A DNA stretch of 64,000 nt, taken from the NCBI GenBank assembly GCA_951406725.2, contig OX597814.1, forward strand, positions 115,196,001 to 115,260,000. The letters are read 5' to 3'. Under the pieces are notes generated by a model. The model saw only the letters and a program-made list of their open reading frames with translations. It was not told the DNA's origin and did not search any database. Both the position numbers and the translations under genes were made by a program. The first letter of the stretch is position 1. Every line of letters begins with the position of its first letter. This DNA comes from Octopus vulgaris. Its lineage: Eukaryota. This document shows positions 33,061 to 45,872 of this stretch, in pieces.

Positions 33061-34276
33061 ACTAAAGTCAGCATCAGCATTGCTAGAAATAAGAGTCAAA
33101 CCAACTCTTATAATATACAATGTGCTGCTTTACATACCAATTTTGCGTAGAAGTGCATCTTGTCAGTAAACGTATTCGTACAACTGAACTCGTATCTCTG
33201 TATGTGCTTGTGTGCCTCAATAGACGCTGTAAGGTCTCGCATAGGTAACATTATTATGAAATGAAAAACTTCGGTCAAATGCCATTCATTTCGTTTATAT
33301 TTGTAAGCTGCTTTTTGCGCTCGTACGAGCATTTAGACTCACTGCTGTGTTTACTAGTTTACATATTCGTCTCAATCTTTCTCTTTCATGAACTTTTGCA
33401 TATATTTTCAACAACATATCAATAAAACTAGTTTTGTTTATATATATTCTTTTAATCAAAGTTAAATAATTCGCCCACTCTTCATCTGCATCAAGAATAT
33501 AACAATGCTACATAATTTATATAATAATGATAGATAATATTCTCGTGGTGGGAATATTTGATGTAAATGGAGTAATATCATTTCGTATGATGGCTATAAA
33601 TAACTGCGTGACGTTTTCTATTGACAAAAAAAGAAATTAAACGTAATTAGAATGCTACCATAACTGTTTAGAATGAAAATCTGATGAGAACTCGACAGCT
33701 ATATTGATTTGTTGGAACTTGAACTACTATCAGCTCCAAATGTCACAGTTATATATACATGGTTAATGCTCAGATTGGTTCTCTATTAAAAAAAAAATTT
33801 GAAATTGATCCAGCTGGCGAGTAATTAAGGCAACAGATTAAGTATATTCAGAAGAGACCGAGAGAGAAAATAAAACACTGTAAAATGAGAATTTTTTTTC
33901 TTCTCGTAACGTTAGGTGAATTCAAAAGTAATGTTATTAATGCCTATTTCTGTAATGTGAGTTCGATGATATTTTGATCATACGAAATGGTTTTAGTTTG
34001 TTAGTTTCTTATATAAGATTGATTACTGTAGGGGAGATGAGAGTGTGTGGGTGGGTGAGTATGTGTGTGCGCGTGCGTGTGTAATTAGTGCTACAGTTTC
34101 CACTTTCATAACAGACATCTTGTTTCTTTCAATTTCCTATCAATATCGTCCTCCCGTTCTCGCCTACTCTCCCCCTCTCTTTCTCTCTCTCTTTCGTATT
34201 TCTTTCTCAGTATATACTTGCTCACATGCCACACACGCATACATATATTTACGCATATGCAACAGTTATGTATGTG

Positions 34277-34309
<33 letters not shown>

Positions 34310-34320
<11 letters not shown>

Positions 34321-35106
34321 TGAATTTGTGTGAGTGTCTGTCTCCTACGATTTAGATTCCTAACTACTCCCACATTTTGCGGTGCAGTTTAACCAAATTC
34401 GGGTATCTTATAGTCGTGATTCATATCGAGCTCTTCTGGGTATTAGCGCGCGTCTACGATGAGTCTACGATTTTAAAAATAATATACCATAATCTTTTTT
34501 CCATTTTAAGGCATATTTTATCCGTGTGTCGATGGCGGCGGAGTTGGCGTCCATGCTCACACCTGCACCTGTGTTGCTTCTCCCCCTTCTTCCCTCCCTC
34601 GTGAAGCTGTGGGGAAGGGAGTGTAAGAAAATCAACGTCGTAAAGCGTTGTCAAGGAGACCAGCGTTCTTTTAGAACAACGACTTCATGGCTTGAAGTCG
34701 CCAAAACAGAAATCGCTAAAAAAGCTGAAACAGATCCACAAAAACGGCAAAAATCGCCACACAGGGCAGGTTTCCTGTGCAAACAATTTGCACAACCGAA
34801 TGTTTTAGTTGTTGCACAAATCTTTATATATAAAAGTGAAGTTGTGTGTCTGTCTCCTACGATTTAGATTCCTAACTACTCCCACATTTTGCGGTGCAGT
34901 TTAACCAAAACCGGGTATCTTATAGTCGTGATTCATATCGAGCCCTTCTGGGTATTAGCGCGCGTCTACGATGAGTCTACGATTTAAAAAAAAAATTACC
35001 ATCATTTTTTATTCCATTTTTAATGCATTTTTTTGCTATAACTCTCTAAAAATGCTTATATAGTTATTTCCCTTACAAACCCGAGCAACGCCGGGCGATA
35101 CTGCTA

Positions 35107-35107
<1 letters not shown>
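34310..35107 (+). mobile_element. Non-autonomous Helitron, composite of two related 5' ends with one terminator
   Basis: Inner unit A|TCTTTATATATAAAAG at 34821 to hairpin CCCGAGCAACGCCGGG (35080-35095) and CTAG|T at 35107. Its first ~190 bp are repeated at 34310-34505. Confidence 0.82.
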
Positions 35108-35151
<44 letters not shown>

Positions 35152-35154
<3 letters not shown>

Positions 35155-35504
35155 ACTAAAGTCAGCACCAGCATTGCTAGAAATAAGAGTTAAAGCATCT
35201 CTTATTCACGGGAAAAGCACTTATCTACTAACTGACAAGGGAGACAACTAGCTGCAGCAAATGAGTGTCAGATAATCGATGATTTCAGATTAGATTAATC
35301 TTCATCCGTGACACTCCGTTGCCTAGGGTTAAATTGAACTCGCCTTGTCAGTTTATAGAAAAGACCACAGCAATCAGAGGCTGATTCGGCTCGTGGCTAA
35401 GAATTGTTTTGACTGCTATTTCTAGCACAATTGGTGCTGATTTACACCCTTGGTGCTGATTTACACAATTGGTGCTGATTTACACCCTTGGTCACTTTAG
35501 TGAC
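35152..35504. mobile_element. MITE-like foldback element
   Basis: Termini GTCACTAAAGT and ACTTTAGTGAC. Nested inverted segments CAGCACCA/TGGTGCTG, TGCTAGAAATA/TATTTCTAGCA and ACTGACAAGG/CCTTGTCAGT. A second left end lies at 33058. Confidence 0.7.
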
Positions 35505-35664
35505 GATTGTACTTGTGCATTTCGGATTTTAAATTGCGACCAGCCACCTTAATAATATATATACATATATTATATATACACATTTCAAAATGTAACCACA
35601 TGTGAATCGTTGCCGATTTTTTCCTCTCCGTCTTCCTTTTCTATTAGACTTTCCTCTGTCTCCT

Positions 35665-35698
35665 TTTTCTGAAGAAGAGCTTTGCTCGAAACGTAAAA
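35665..35698 (+). ncRNA. Minimal type I hammerhead motif, intact core
   Basis: TTT-CTGAAGA-A-GAGC ttt GCTC-GAAA-CG-TA-AAA; palindromic ACGT stem III, weak 3-bp stem I. Lies in a ~200-bp element at about 35590-35790. Confidence 0.75.
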
Positions 35699-35981
35699 CA
35701 CCCTTTCTTTCCTTCCTTGAGCGTCTGCTAATACTTTACATTTACCACGTCCTCGCATTGTTGTTTTTTGTGCTTGTTCTTCGTTTTTTTTTGGGGGGGG
35801 GGAGTTACGTCTGCCATTATGTTCTGAGTTCAAATTCCGCCGAGGTCGACTTTGCCTTTTATCCTTTCGGGGTCGATTAAATAAGTATCAGTTATGTACT
35901 GCGGTCAATGTAATAGACTTAATCCCTTTGTCTGTCCTTGTTCCCCCCCCACCCGTGTTTAGCCCGCTGTGGGCAATAAAG

Positions 35982-36038
<57 letters not shown>

Positions 36039-36829
36039 GTATATGTATGTATTTATATATTCAGTGAATGACTTTAAGAGCTGCTCAGAGAAGTGTGTTC
36101 ATCTGGAACAACTTCTAACACTCTAAAAATATCACAGTGGGGTTACTGATAAGTATTCATATATTTTAGACAGCGCCCAAAGTAAAGCCACTTGCCTGTC
36201 TGACAGGAAGTCGCTCATCAATACATTCTAACCTGCTTTTCTTCTGCTGCTCTCTTCGGTGCTAGCTGCTGTACCCAGGTACTTCCGATTCACTTGTCTC
36301 TTCTCTCGTTATTCATATTATATTGGCACACAGTCTGTACCCCTACGCTGACTCCGCATCAACCACTGCGATCAGTAATTTCTTAGTAGATCGTGGGCCC
36401 TCATCTCACTGTATGTGTCTTACCCCGAGGTCATCATTTAAAAGTTATTCAAGAATATTAACCGAGTCAATCTCACGGTTCTCAGAGGGCCTGCTCAGGT
36501 CAGTGATACAGCCTCTTTCTCCAGTTTAAATCAATAAAAATACATATATCAAAGTGAGAAAGGAGCAGTTATTTTTAAAGCTTACCATCTTTTCAACTCC
36601 TGATATCGATCCTGTTAAAACATTAACATTCTTCCCCGAAGAAATTTCGTTAAGATTTAGACAATATGAAATTCGTTTTTTTCTTCTTTTTATTTGTTCA
36701 ACTATTGTTAAAGTATATGATCTTTAAACTAACTTCAACATCTCATAAAGTTCTTGGATAATATATAGTTCCTCTATCAGTGTCGTCGCTATCACGATTA
36801 TCCTCATCTTGTATTATTATTATTATTAT

Positions 36830-37777
36830 CGTTTGATGAAATCTCTTAGCTTATTTTTCTGGGTATCAAGAAAAGTGTGTGCTGTCCATAGCCAACAGAC
36901 TAAGGTAACACTTGTTTACTGGTCATGCTTCAAGAACTCTGCGAAAAATATTACAGTTCCAAGCAATGCTGATTTTTGTAGGTGTTCTACCTTCACACTT
37001 GTACCAATCAGCCATGTTGATAGTTTAGTGCTGATACTTCCAAGTGCAACAATTACTATTGGTACCACGTCTACAGTCCTTATTGAACATAACCTTCGTA
37101 TTTCCCCCTTCAAATCGTAGTTGTTCAGGTTTTCTTCTTTCTCTTTGATTCTGTTGTCACCGGGACATACTGTGTCATTTATCATGCATGTTCTTTCGTT
37201 TTTATCCACCACAACAATGTCCGGTTTCCGATGTCTCTTCCGGTAATGCACTGAATCACTGAATCTCTCAGGTTTTTGCAATTCTCGTTCTCGGTGACTC
37301 CTTCTGGGGTTTTCTCATACCACGTCTTTGCTCTTCTTAGGACGTGAATTCCACAGAACTCCCAACGGATCATTCTTGCCACATTGACATGTCGTCTTTT
37401 ATATTTGTGTTGAGCCAATTTCGGGCATTCGCTAACGATGTACCATACCGTTTCACCGCTCTCACCACACATTCTGCATTTGTTGCTGTCCATAGTGTTG
37501 TCACATAGTTAGTCCTTAACGCTTGTTCTTGTGCTGCGAATATAAGTGCTTCTGTCTATCTTCAGGTCACTTCTCCTCACCCATACCCACTGGTCTTCTA
37601 TATCTGTCTTGGCGTTCGTATCTCTTGCAAAACTGACCGTATTTTTTCTCCTTTCATGCTGTTCCTTCTTTTCTGTTCTTTTCCTCTCAGCGTTTTCTTT
37701 TCTTTACACAATTATCAGTTTTAATGATGCCGGACATCTTCACATGTTTCAGCAATGATTCCATGGTATCTTTAACA

Positions 37778-37780
<3 letters not shown>
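36830..37780 (-). mobile_element. R4/Dong-type non-LTR retrotransposon 3' fragment (restriction-like endonuclease)
   Basis: CRMCGESGETVWYIVSECPKLA...YKRRH (CCHC), RKPDIVV.DK (PD..D), VVPIVIVALG, LQKSALLGT. (TAT)n on both flanks (36812-36829, 37781-37810). Confidence 0.85.
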
Positions 37781-37808
<28 letters not shown>

Positions 37809-39364
37809 TTTATTATTTATTAAGGCAGCGGGCTGGCAAAATGTTTAGCAGCATTTCGCCCGTCTTTACGTTCTGATTTCAAATTCCACCGAAGTCGACT
37901 TTGCCTTTCATCCTTTCGGGATCGACAAAATAAGTACCAGTTGGAAGCCGGGATCGACGTGTTCAACTAGCCACCTTTCCCCAATATTCCAGGCCTAGTG
38001 CCTACAGTAGAAAGGACTATTCTAGTTGTTATTTGCGGTGCTAGAATTATTTTCTACGCACCGATTCTTTACATTAATTTATTTCTCATTAATACCACTC
38101 AGTGAAATGCTTATCAGATTATAAATATTATTCATACAGAATCGACAGATTGATTGATAAAGTAACTTGAAAATGGAAAGTGAAGTAAATCGAAGTTTAA
38201 TCTCCTTAAAACCTTTGTCCCCATTTGGAAGGGCAACGAACGTGACCTTTTTCAGGACATCAGAGACTGGAGAACGGGAAGGAGAAGGGAGAATACGTCA
38301 TCCCCGGGCTGAAGACCTTGGCTACATGCATGCAACAATATGGACTTTACTAATGGCACCCCATACCAAGAACTGAAAAGGTCCTACCGACGGCCTTCTC
38401 CACATTTCCGTCAACCTAATTTTACTCACAAGGCTTTTGTCAACAAGCAGTTATAGTAAAAATACATTTGCCCGTGGTGTCCATAGAGGGACAGAACCCG
38501 AAACTACAAAGATGCAAATCAAACGTCTTAACCCCACCCCCAACCATACCTGCACTAACTACAAACCGTAAATATATCGATAAATTAGAACATATATTGT
38601 GTAGGTAATCAGTTTACGCCGTGATATTCCAAACATATTAAGTGTCTAAGACTAAAATCTTCTAAATGACATTTATCCGATAACATACGCAAAAACTTCA
38701 CAAAGTACTTCATTACTTTCTCATCCAACTGCTCCGCATGATCTTTATGTTTAGCGATTCTGTAAGGTTGGTGGTTGTGCCGAGAGGTTACCAGGTTCCA
38801 ATCTAAATCTGCTCATGCACTGAAGAATTAGCTCGAAATCTTTAAAATGACGATCACATTTGAGAGGTGGTAAATCACTAATCCCTTCTGACATTTACTA
38901 ACTAATAACATAATCATGTTAATTCTTCGAAATCCAAATCATTGATTCCTATGTTTACAGAGAAACATTCACTAGTAAAACAAAGTGATATATCGGTTTT
39001 AAGGAGATTAAACTTCGATTTACTTCACTTTAGATTCTCAGGCAACTTTATCAATCAGTCTGTCGATACAGTATCAATAATATTTATAATCTTAGATAAG
39101 CATTTGACCGAGTGGTATTACATATTTAGGAGAATGTCTAATCTGATAGTGAACTAGTGAACCATTTTATACACAATCTACGACACACACACATACACAC
39201 ACACATATCGTTTTCTTTGAAACAAACACAGGAAATAGATCTCAATATGCAAGAGTATATGTCACTTAAGTCTCGGGTTTTTAGTCATGTGAATTTATAA
39301 CCGAATAAAATAACATAGGCGCAATTATCTATTGAGTTGTATTACTTTTAGATATATAAACATT

Positions 39365-39667
39365 CTTGTCGCCCTTTTCAAGCCTAGTTAGGCTCATGGG
39401 CCCGATTTCCCGGTTTTTGTGGCATATGTGTCCCCCACCTAACTTGACGGGACGCCAGTCCATCGCAGCGTTACTCAACAAACAGGAAGAAAGATGAAAG
39501 TTTGGAAGAAAGAGTACAACAGGGATCGCCACCACCCCCTGCCGGAGCCTGGCGGAGCTTCAGGTGTTTTCGCTCAATAAACACACACAACGCCCGGTCT
39601 GGGAATCGAAACCGCGATCCTCCGACCGCGAGTCCACTGCTCTAACCACTGGGCCATTGCGCCTCCA
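39365..39667 (-). mobile_element. tRNA-derived SINE family 3
   Basis: Same head as other family 3 copies. The 3' module CTGCGATGGACTGGCGTCCCGTC also occurs alone at about 1268-1365. Confidence 0.8.
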
Positions 39668-39802
39668 CATATATATAAATATAGAACATACAAACGATAA
39701 AGGAATAAAATATGCAATATACTAACAGAAATTAATATGAAGTTCTTTATACACGTTATTTGTCCAGCAATTTGAGGTTAATGTTGCACTATACGAATAT
39801 AT

Positions 39803-39841
<39 letters not shown>

Positions 39842-39843
39842 AG

Positions 39844-39875
<32 letters not shown>

Positions 39876-40802
39876 CGTAATGTAAGATTTGTAAAGTATA
39901 TTGGTTTCCAATTTTGGCACAAGGCCAGCAATTTAGGGAATGGTGGAAGTCGACTATATCGATTCCAGAGCTCAAATGGTACTTGCTTTATCGACCCCGA
40001 AAGGATGAAAGGCAAAGTTGACTTCGGCGGAATTTGAACTCAGAACGTAATGACGGATGAAATGTCTCTAAGCATTTTGCCTGGCGTGCAAACGTTTCTG
40101 CCAGCTCGCCGCCTTAGAGTTGCAAAAATAATATAGTTTACGCATTATCTGCTATAGTGAAGGTGTTTTGCTCAATGGTCATAGCGTTGGGCTCACAATC
40201 ATTGAGGTAGTGAGTTCGATTCTCGGAAGGGGCTATGCAAGACACCTTATTTCATGTTGCTCCTGTTCGCTCAGCCAAACTGTATCGACCTTTACCTTAT
40301 CCCTCGGATAACGTCGGTGGCGTGGAGAGAGGAGACTGGTATGCATGGGCGACTGCTGGTCTTCCATAAACAACCTTGCCCGGACTTTTGTCTCGGGAGG
40401 AAACTTTCTGGGTGCAATCCCATGGCCATTCATGATCGAAGGGGGTCTTTACCCTTATCTGCTATAGAACTCAGTATGTTGGCTGGAGTGGATGGATATG
40501 TTTATTATATCAAAAGTTGACAAGCTACTCTCTTGGACGAAGCGCTTCACTTGGAGTAAACTGCCAAATTTTGATATATTGAAAACGTATGTATATGTAT
40601 ATATGTGTGTGGGTGTGTTATTGGGTATAGCCTTTCGTAAACTTTACCCTGAGTGTTCATAATTATTGCCTAGATAATCTGCATAAATTGAACAGAAATG
40701 AGCTCAGCGAAATAACTTGGATAGGGGTATGTATATGGACAACAACATAGGAGTATCACAGGTTTTTCAAATACCATACAGCATCAATTCTTGAATTCAT
40801 AA

Positions 40803-40843
<41 letters not shown>

Positions 40844-41165
40844 GTAGGTAGGTAGGTTGACTGACTGACTGACTGACTGATTGATTGATCAACATTATGC
40901 AGAGTTATAGCAGGTTATGTATTATAAGTGTAAGTCAAACTGCGTCAGAAAACAATACCTTGGTTTCAAACCTGCTTCAGCTGCTCTATCAGATCTCAAA
41001 GCATGGCGCGTGAAATTCGGCAGACAGAAACTGTTTGGAAGGGAAACAGTTCCAATGCACTACATGATAGGTTTCTTCCGTCACCCGGTTCGACGCCACA
41101 ACAAAATCACCTCCCACCCTTATTCGAAGTGTCATCTGCGCTGTACTTCTGACAAATGCATTATA

Positions 41166-41580
41166 AGGGCAGCGAGCTGGCAGAATCGTTAGCACGCCAG
41201 GCGAAATGCTTAGCGATATTTCATCTGCCGTTAAGTTCTGAGTTCAAATTCCGCCGAGGTAGACTTTGCCTTTCATCCTTTCGGGGTCGATAAATTAAGT
41301 ACCAGTTACGCACTGGGGTCGATGTAATCGACTTAATCCGTTTGTCTGTCCTTGTTTGTTCTCTCTGTGTTTAGCCCCTTGTGGGTAGTAAAGAAATCGG
41401 TATTTTATCTGTCTTTATGTTCTGAGTTCAAATTCCGCCGAGGTCGACTTTGCCTTCCATCCTTTCGGGATCGATTAAATAAGTACCAGTTACGCACTGG
41501 GGTCGATGTAATAGACTTAATCCCTTTGTCTGTCCTTGTTTGTCCCATCTATGTTTATCCCCCTATGGGCAATAAAAAAA
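41166..41580 (+). mobile_element. SINE family 1, tandem dimer (one head, two body-plus-tail units)
   Basis: Repeated GTTCTGAGTTCAAATTCCGCCGAGGTCGACTTTGCCTT.CATCCTTTCGGG...AAGTACCAGTTACGCACTGGGGTCG...TGTTTAGCCCC...AAAGAAAT. Confidence 0.85.
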
Positions 41581-41671
41581 TTATTATAAATATTTAATTC
41601 AATTTGAGAACATTTTATTTTACCTGATGCTATTCATGAATTTTTATGAGGATTTTGTCTTTATTTTTCAG

Positions 41672-41848
41672 AATGATTATCTCTCATTAGCTGACCAGCT
41701 GAGTCAGTATGTCGTCAAATTGCTCGATAAAGTACGAGGACATGACGAGCTTGAGATATTGTTGAACAAAAGTGGACAGTCCAGTGAAGATGAAACATAT
41801 GAACTCCTATCACGTTTGAAAATGGCAATACAGTTCAACGAGAAAAAG
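41672..41848 (+). CDS. TRPC: TRPC exon B
   Basis: tttttcag|AAT ... AAG|gtaatg, 177 nt, phase 0/0. NDYLSLADQLSQYVVKLLD...LSRLKMAIQFNEKK continues EKYFK from exon A across a 34-kb intron. Confidence 0.95.
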
Positions 41849-42104
41849 GTAATGATAATTTAGAAGATCGTTGGGTCATCTTTAATGTGTTAATTATTTA
41901 TATAATATTGTCTGAGATTGTTACGAACGATAGAAAGCTGTTTGGATTCTCACATTTATTTTTTTAATCTCTGATGTAACGGCCGTCGATACCCACATAA
42001 ATTTTTTTTATTTAAAGATGCCATTTGGTATATTTCTGTAAAACCAGTCGATTAAATCGTTTGTCATCGTAAAAGAAGTCTTGCAATTCAGAAGTTATTA
42101 TCAG

Positions 42105-42605
42105 TTCCCGCCGGATCGACTTTGCCTTTCATCCTTTCGGGGTCGATTAAATAAGTACCAGTTACGCAGTGGGGTCAATATAATCGGCTTAATTTGTTTG
42201 TCTGTCCTTGTTCGTCCTCTCTGTGTTTAGCCCCTTGAGGGTAGTAAAGAAATAGGTATTTCGTCTGTTTTTACGTTGTAAGTTCAATTTCCGCTGTGGT
42301 CGACTTTGCCTTTCATCCTTTCGGGGTCGATTAAATAAGTACCAGTTACGCACTGGGGTCGATATAATCAACTTAATCCGTGTGTCTGTCCTTGTTTGTC
42401 CTCTCTGTGTTTAGCCCCTTGAGGGTAGTAAAGAAATAAGTATTTCGTTTGTTTTTACGTTCTAAGTTCAAATTCCGCTGAGGTCGACTTTGCCTTTCAT
42501 CCTTTCGGGGTCGATAAAATTAAGTACCAGTTGCATACTGAGGTTGATCTAATCGACTGGCTCCCCTTCCCCAAAATTTCGAGCCTTGTGCCTAGATTAG
42601 AAAAG
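42105..42605 (+). mobile_element. SINE family 1, tandem trimer of ~183-bp units
   Basis: Units joined at AAAGAAATAG|GTATTTCGT (about 42255 and 42438). Confidence 0.85.
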
Positions 42606-42762
42606 AATATTTACTATAAAACTGATCCGGTTCTTGACTGAAGATTAGAGGCTTCGAATGACCCGTCCGTTTTTTGTATCGTCTATTTGAATGTTTTGCA
42701 TTCTTGTCCCATTTTGTATTTATATATATATTTTTTATACATATATATATGTGTGTGTGTGT

Positions 42763-42800
<38 letters not shown>

Positions 42801-43353
42801 CGGAGAATAACAGTAACACAAACAAGAAGGTCTGTTAAGCCAAACGAGATTTTTTTTTCTACGAACGCTATTGTTTGAGACGCTAGAGAGAACAGATTAA
42901 CGTCTCTTCCTGTCTTTTACTGTTTATATTTTGTACTGTCGTTACTGTCCTGTTTTTGTAACCATTTTTACCCCTCCGCAAAAAAATCTCAAATTTTATT
43001 TAATTTGATTTTCGCGGGAAGGAAAATTTCATTGAAGTCATGTATCGCCTTGACCTTCGAAACGTGGAGTAGATGAAATTAAGGCGACTGAAGAAGGGGA
43101 ATTTTCCTTGTTTTGTATGTCCTGTACTCTATTTTTTCGTTGTTTTAAAAAAATGTCCATTTCCTTGGTTTTGTGTTTATATTTTCGTTTCTCATTGTCT
43201 TCGACGTTTTTTTTTTTTGGTGTCCTGTACCCATATATGCATGTATATATACATGTAGAGGTAGGTGCGTACATATATGTATGTATATATGCATATATTT
43301 TATTTATTTATTACATGACAGAACGCAGCATCCCTTTCTAAGTAAGATTGTTC

Positions 43354-43433
<80 letters not shown>

Positions 43434-43506
43434 GAAAAAAGACAAAGACAGGTGGTATAGAAAACAAACAGATGTATTAGTATAACGCTCAGGAATTGAA
43501 AAAAGT

Positions 43507-43542
43507 CTTTTACGTTTTGAGCCTAAGCTCTTCCACAGAAAG
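43507..43542 (-). ncRNA. Decayed minimal hammerhead motif in element about 43425-43605
   Basis: Minus strand CTTT-CTGTGGA-A-GAGC ttag GCTC-AAAA-CG-TA-AAAG; A6U and G12A. Confidence 0.55.
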
Positions 43543-44563
43543 GAACACAGAAAGAAACAAGGAGAGAAAAAAATGTGTGTAGTGGCTACCGATCTATCAT
43601 GGCGACTGATAGATATCATATATATAATGTATTATAGGTATATATTATATATCACGTTGTCATTTTCAGATACATTTCTCATGAGATGTTGTGCTTTTTA
43701 TTTATACACATTTCGTAGAATCGAATTAAGTACATTGTCTTCATGTTGCCGACCTGCATCGAAATGTAGAAGTTTGTATTTTACACACACACTGTGCAGC
43801 GTAATTTAAAACAACATGATCGAATGTCTATCCATAGTGTCAGCATATTCTGTAATCTATATAGGTCACATGTTTCTGCTGTACTTTTAGAAATTTGCGG
43901 AAACAGGCACGAGTCACGCACTGCATTCAAGTGACATTTACTTTCCAGTCACTGCTATAAGAATCTATAATAGCGGCTCTGTATTCACCTTTTGATCTCG
44001 ATAGTCTTTTATTCATCACTTCTCCAGTGTTTCTTTCACTTATTAACTTTATATTTTTCCTATAAAAAGTAACCCTTCATTTCCAGTTACTCAATGATTA
44101 AAGTTATTTTTTGTTACATATGCCAGCATCCTAGGAAGTCGAAATCATTGTTTTGTGGTTTTATTTTCTAAAATTCTATTGATTTTTTTAATGTCTATTT
44201 CTTTAAATTTTATATTTTCCAAGACATTTATAACATATATACTTTTATCTATAAATTCTAATTGTAGCTCTTCTATCCTACCTTTGCTCTTCTTCATTAT
44301 ACACAGCCTATAAAAGCTTTCTGTTGGTCCATATATTTGTTATTCGTAAAGTAGCGAGATGGCAGAATCGCTAAGCACGTCGAGCAAAATGCGTAGCGAC
44401 ATTTCGTCCATCTTTACGTTCTGAATTCAAATTCCACCGAGGTTGATTTGGCCTTTCATCGTTTTGGAGTCGATAAAACAAGTATCAGTTGAGTACTCGG
44501 GCTCATATAATCGACTTACCCTTTCCCCAGAACTTGCTAGCTTGTGCCAAAATTTGAAACCAG

Positions 44564-44609
<46 letters not shown>

Positions 44610-45188
44610 CACAACTAAATACCATATGAAATATAAAATATATATATACCATTTAAATACTAAGAGCTTCTGAATCAGCCTGTGCATTAAGTGTGTGATA
44701 TACCAGCTAAAATTATGCAACTGCGTAAGTAAGCAGGTAATGGGAAAATTATAATAGCATATCTTGTGCTGAGAGACAAGGGCATCTGCGTGGTCACTCC
44801 GTCAGCTAGAAATAGCAACCGCCTACCTCAAATCATATGTTAAGATACAGAATGGTTACGGCTAGAATGTCTTCTCAGTCAGAGCTCACCTGAGTTCAAA
44901 CAATTTTCTTTATACGGATTAGAAACGAAACGCTTAAGCAGAGAGTACAAATATAAGCTCGTCACCAGTTCGAATATACTTGAGACATACTCGAACCTGC
45001 AAGAAAGCCTTACACTGTATTTTGCCAGGTACAAAAATTCCCATTATAGACAAATAGGTGTAAACACACCAGGTAAGTTCGCAGCACACCCTACTCACGC
45101 TGATGGATGACTGCATTTCGAAATAGTTATCTCCTCTTCAGCATCAAAATTTTTCTTATGTTTATCTTTGCTTTCTTTTCTGTTCCAG

Positions 45189-45353
45189 TTCGTTGCACAT
45201 CCCAGTTGCCAGCAGAAACTTGTTAGTATCTGGTATTCGAATTTTCGTACTCTAGAAAGGTCAAACTGGATAACACGAATTATGATTATGACTTTAGTCA
45301 CAACCACATATCCAATCCTCGCAATAGTGTATTGGTTTGCACCTAAATCCAAA
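45189..45353 (+). CDS. TRPC: TRPC exon C (pre-S1 region)
   Basis: ttccag|TTC ... AAA|gtaagt, 165 nt. FVAHPSCQQKLVSIWY...YPILAIVYWFAPKSK matches the TRPC KKFVAHP.CQQ.L..IWY motif. Confidence 0.95.
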
Positions 45354-45478
45354 GTAAGTCGTTTTTTTAAACACCACATTTTGTTTCAATATTTCTACTA
45401 ACTTTGTGTCTCGCTCTCTTTCTCTCTATCTGCATCTCTTTTTTTCTTGCTATTTACATCTCTTTCTCATTCTCCCTT

Positions 45479-45556
<78 letters not shown>

Positions 45557-45669
45557 TAAAAACATTGATTAGAGAACATCAAATTCGAGTCAACGACTTT
45601 ATATAGCATCACGCTTCCATGCATTTGATCATATATAAACATTACAATAGCCTTCAACATATATATGTG

Positions 45670-45719
<50 letters not shown>

Positions 45720-45872
45720 ATACATATATAGACACACACATATATATATATACATATATATACACACACATATATATATATACATATATATACACACATA
45801 TATATATATATACATATATATACATATATATATACATATATATACATATATATACATACATATATATACATA

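Noticed and set aside
43058-43099. GAAA...GAGTAGAT...CTGA(A/T)GAAGGG, possible permuted (type II) hammerhead, also at 62795-62835
   Set aside because: Motif order is shared by two related repeats, but I could not form stems I-III. It needs a family consensus before any claim.
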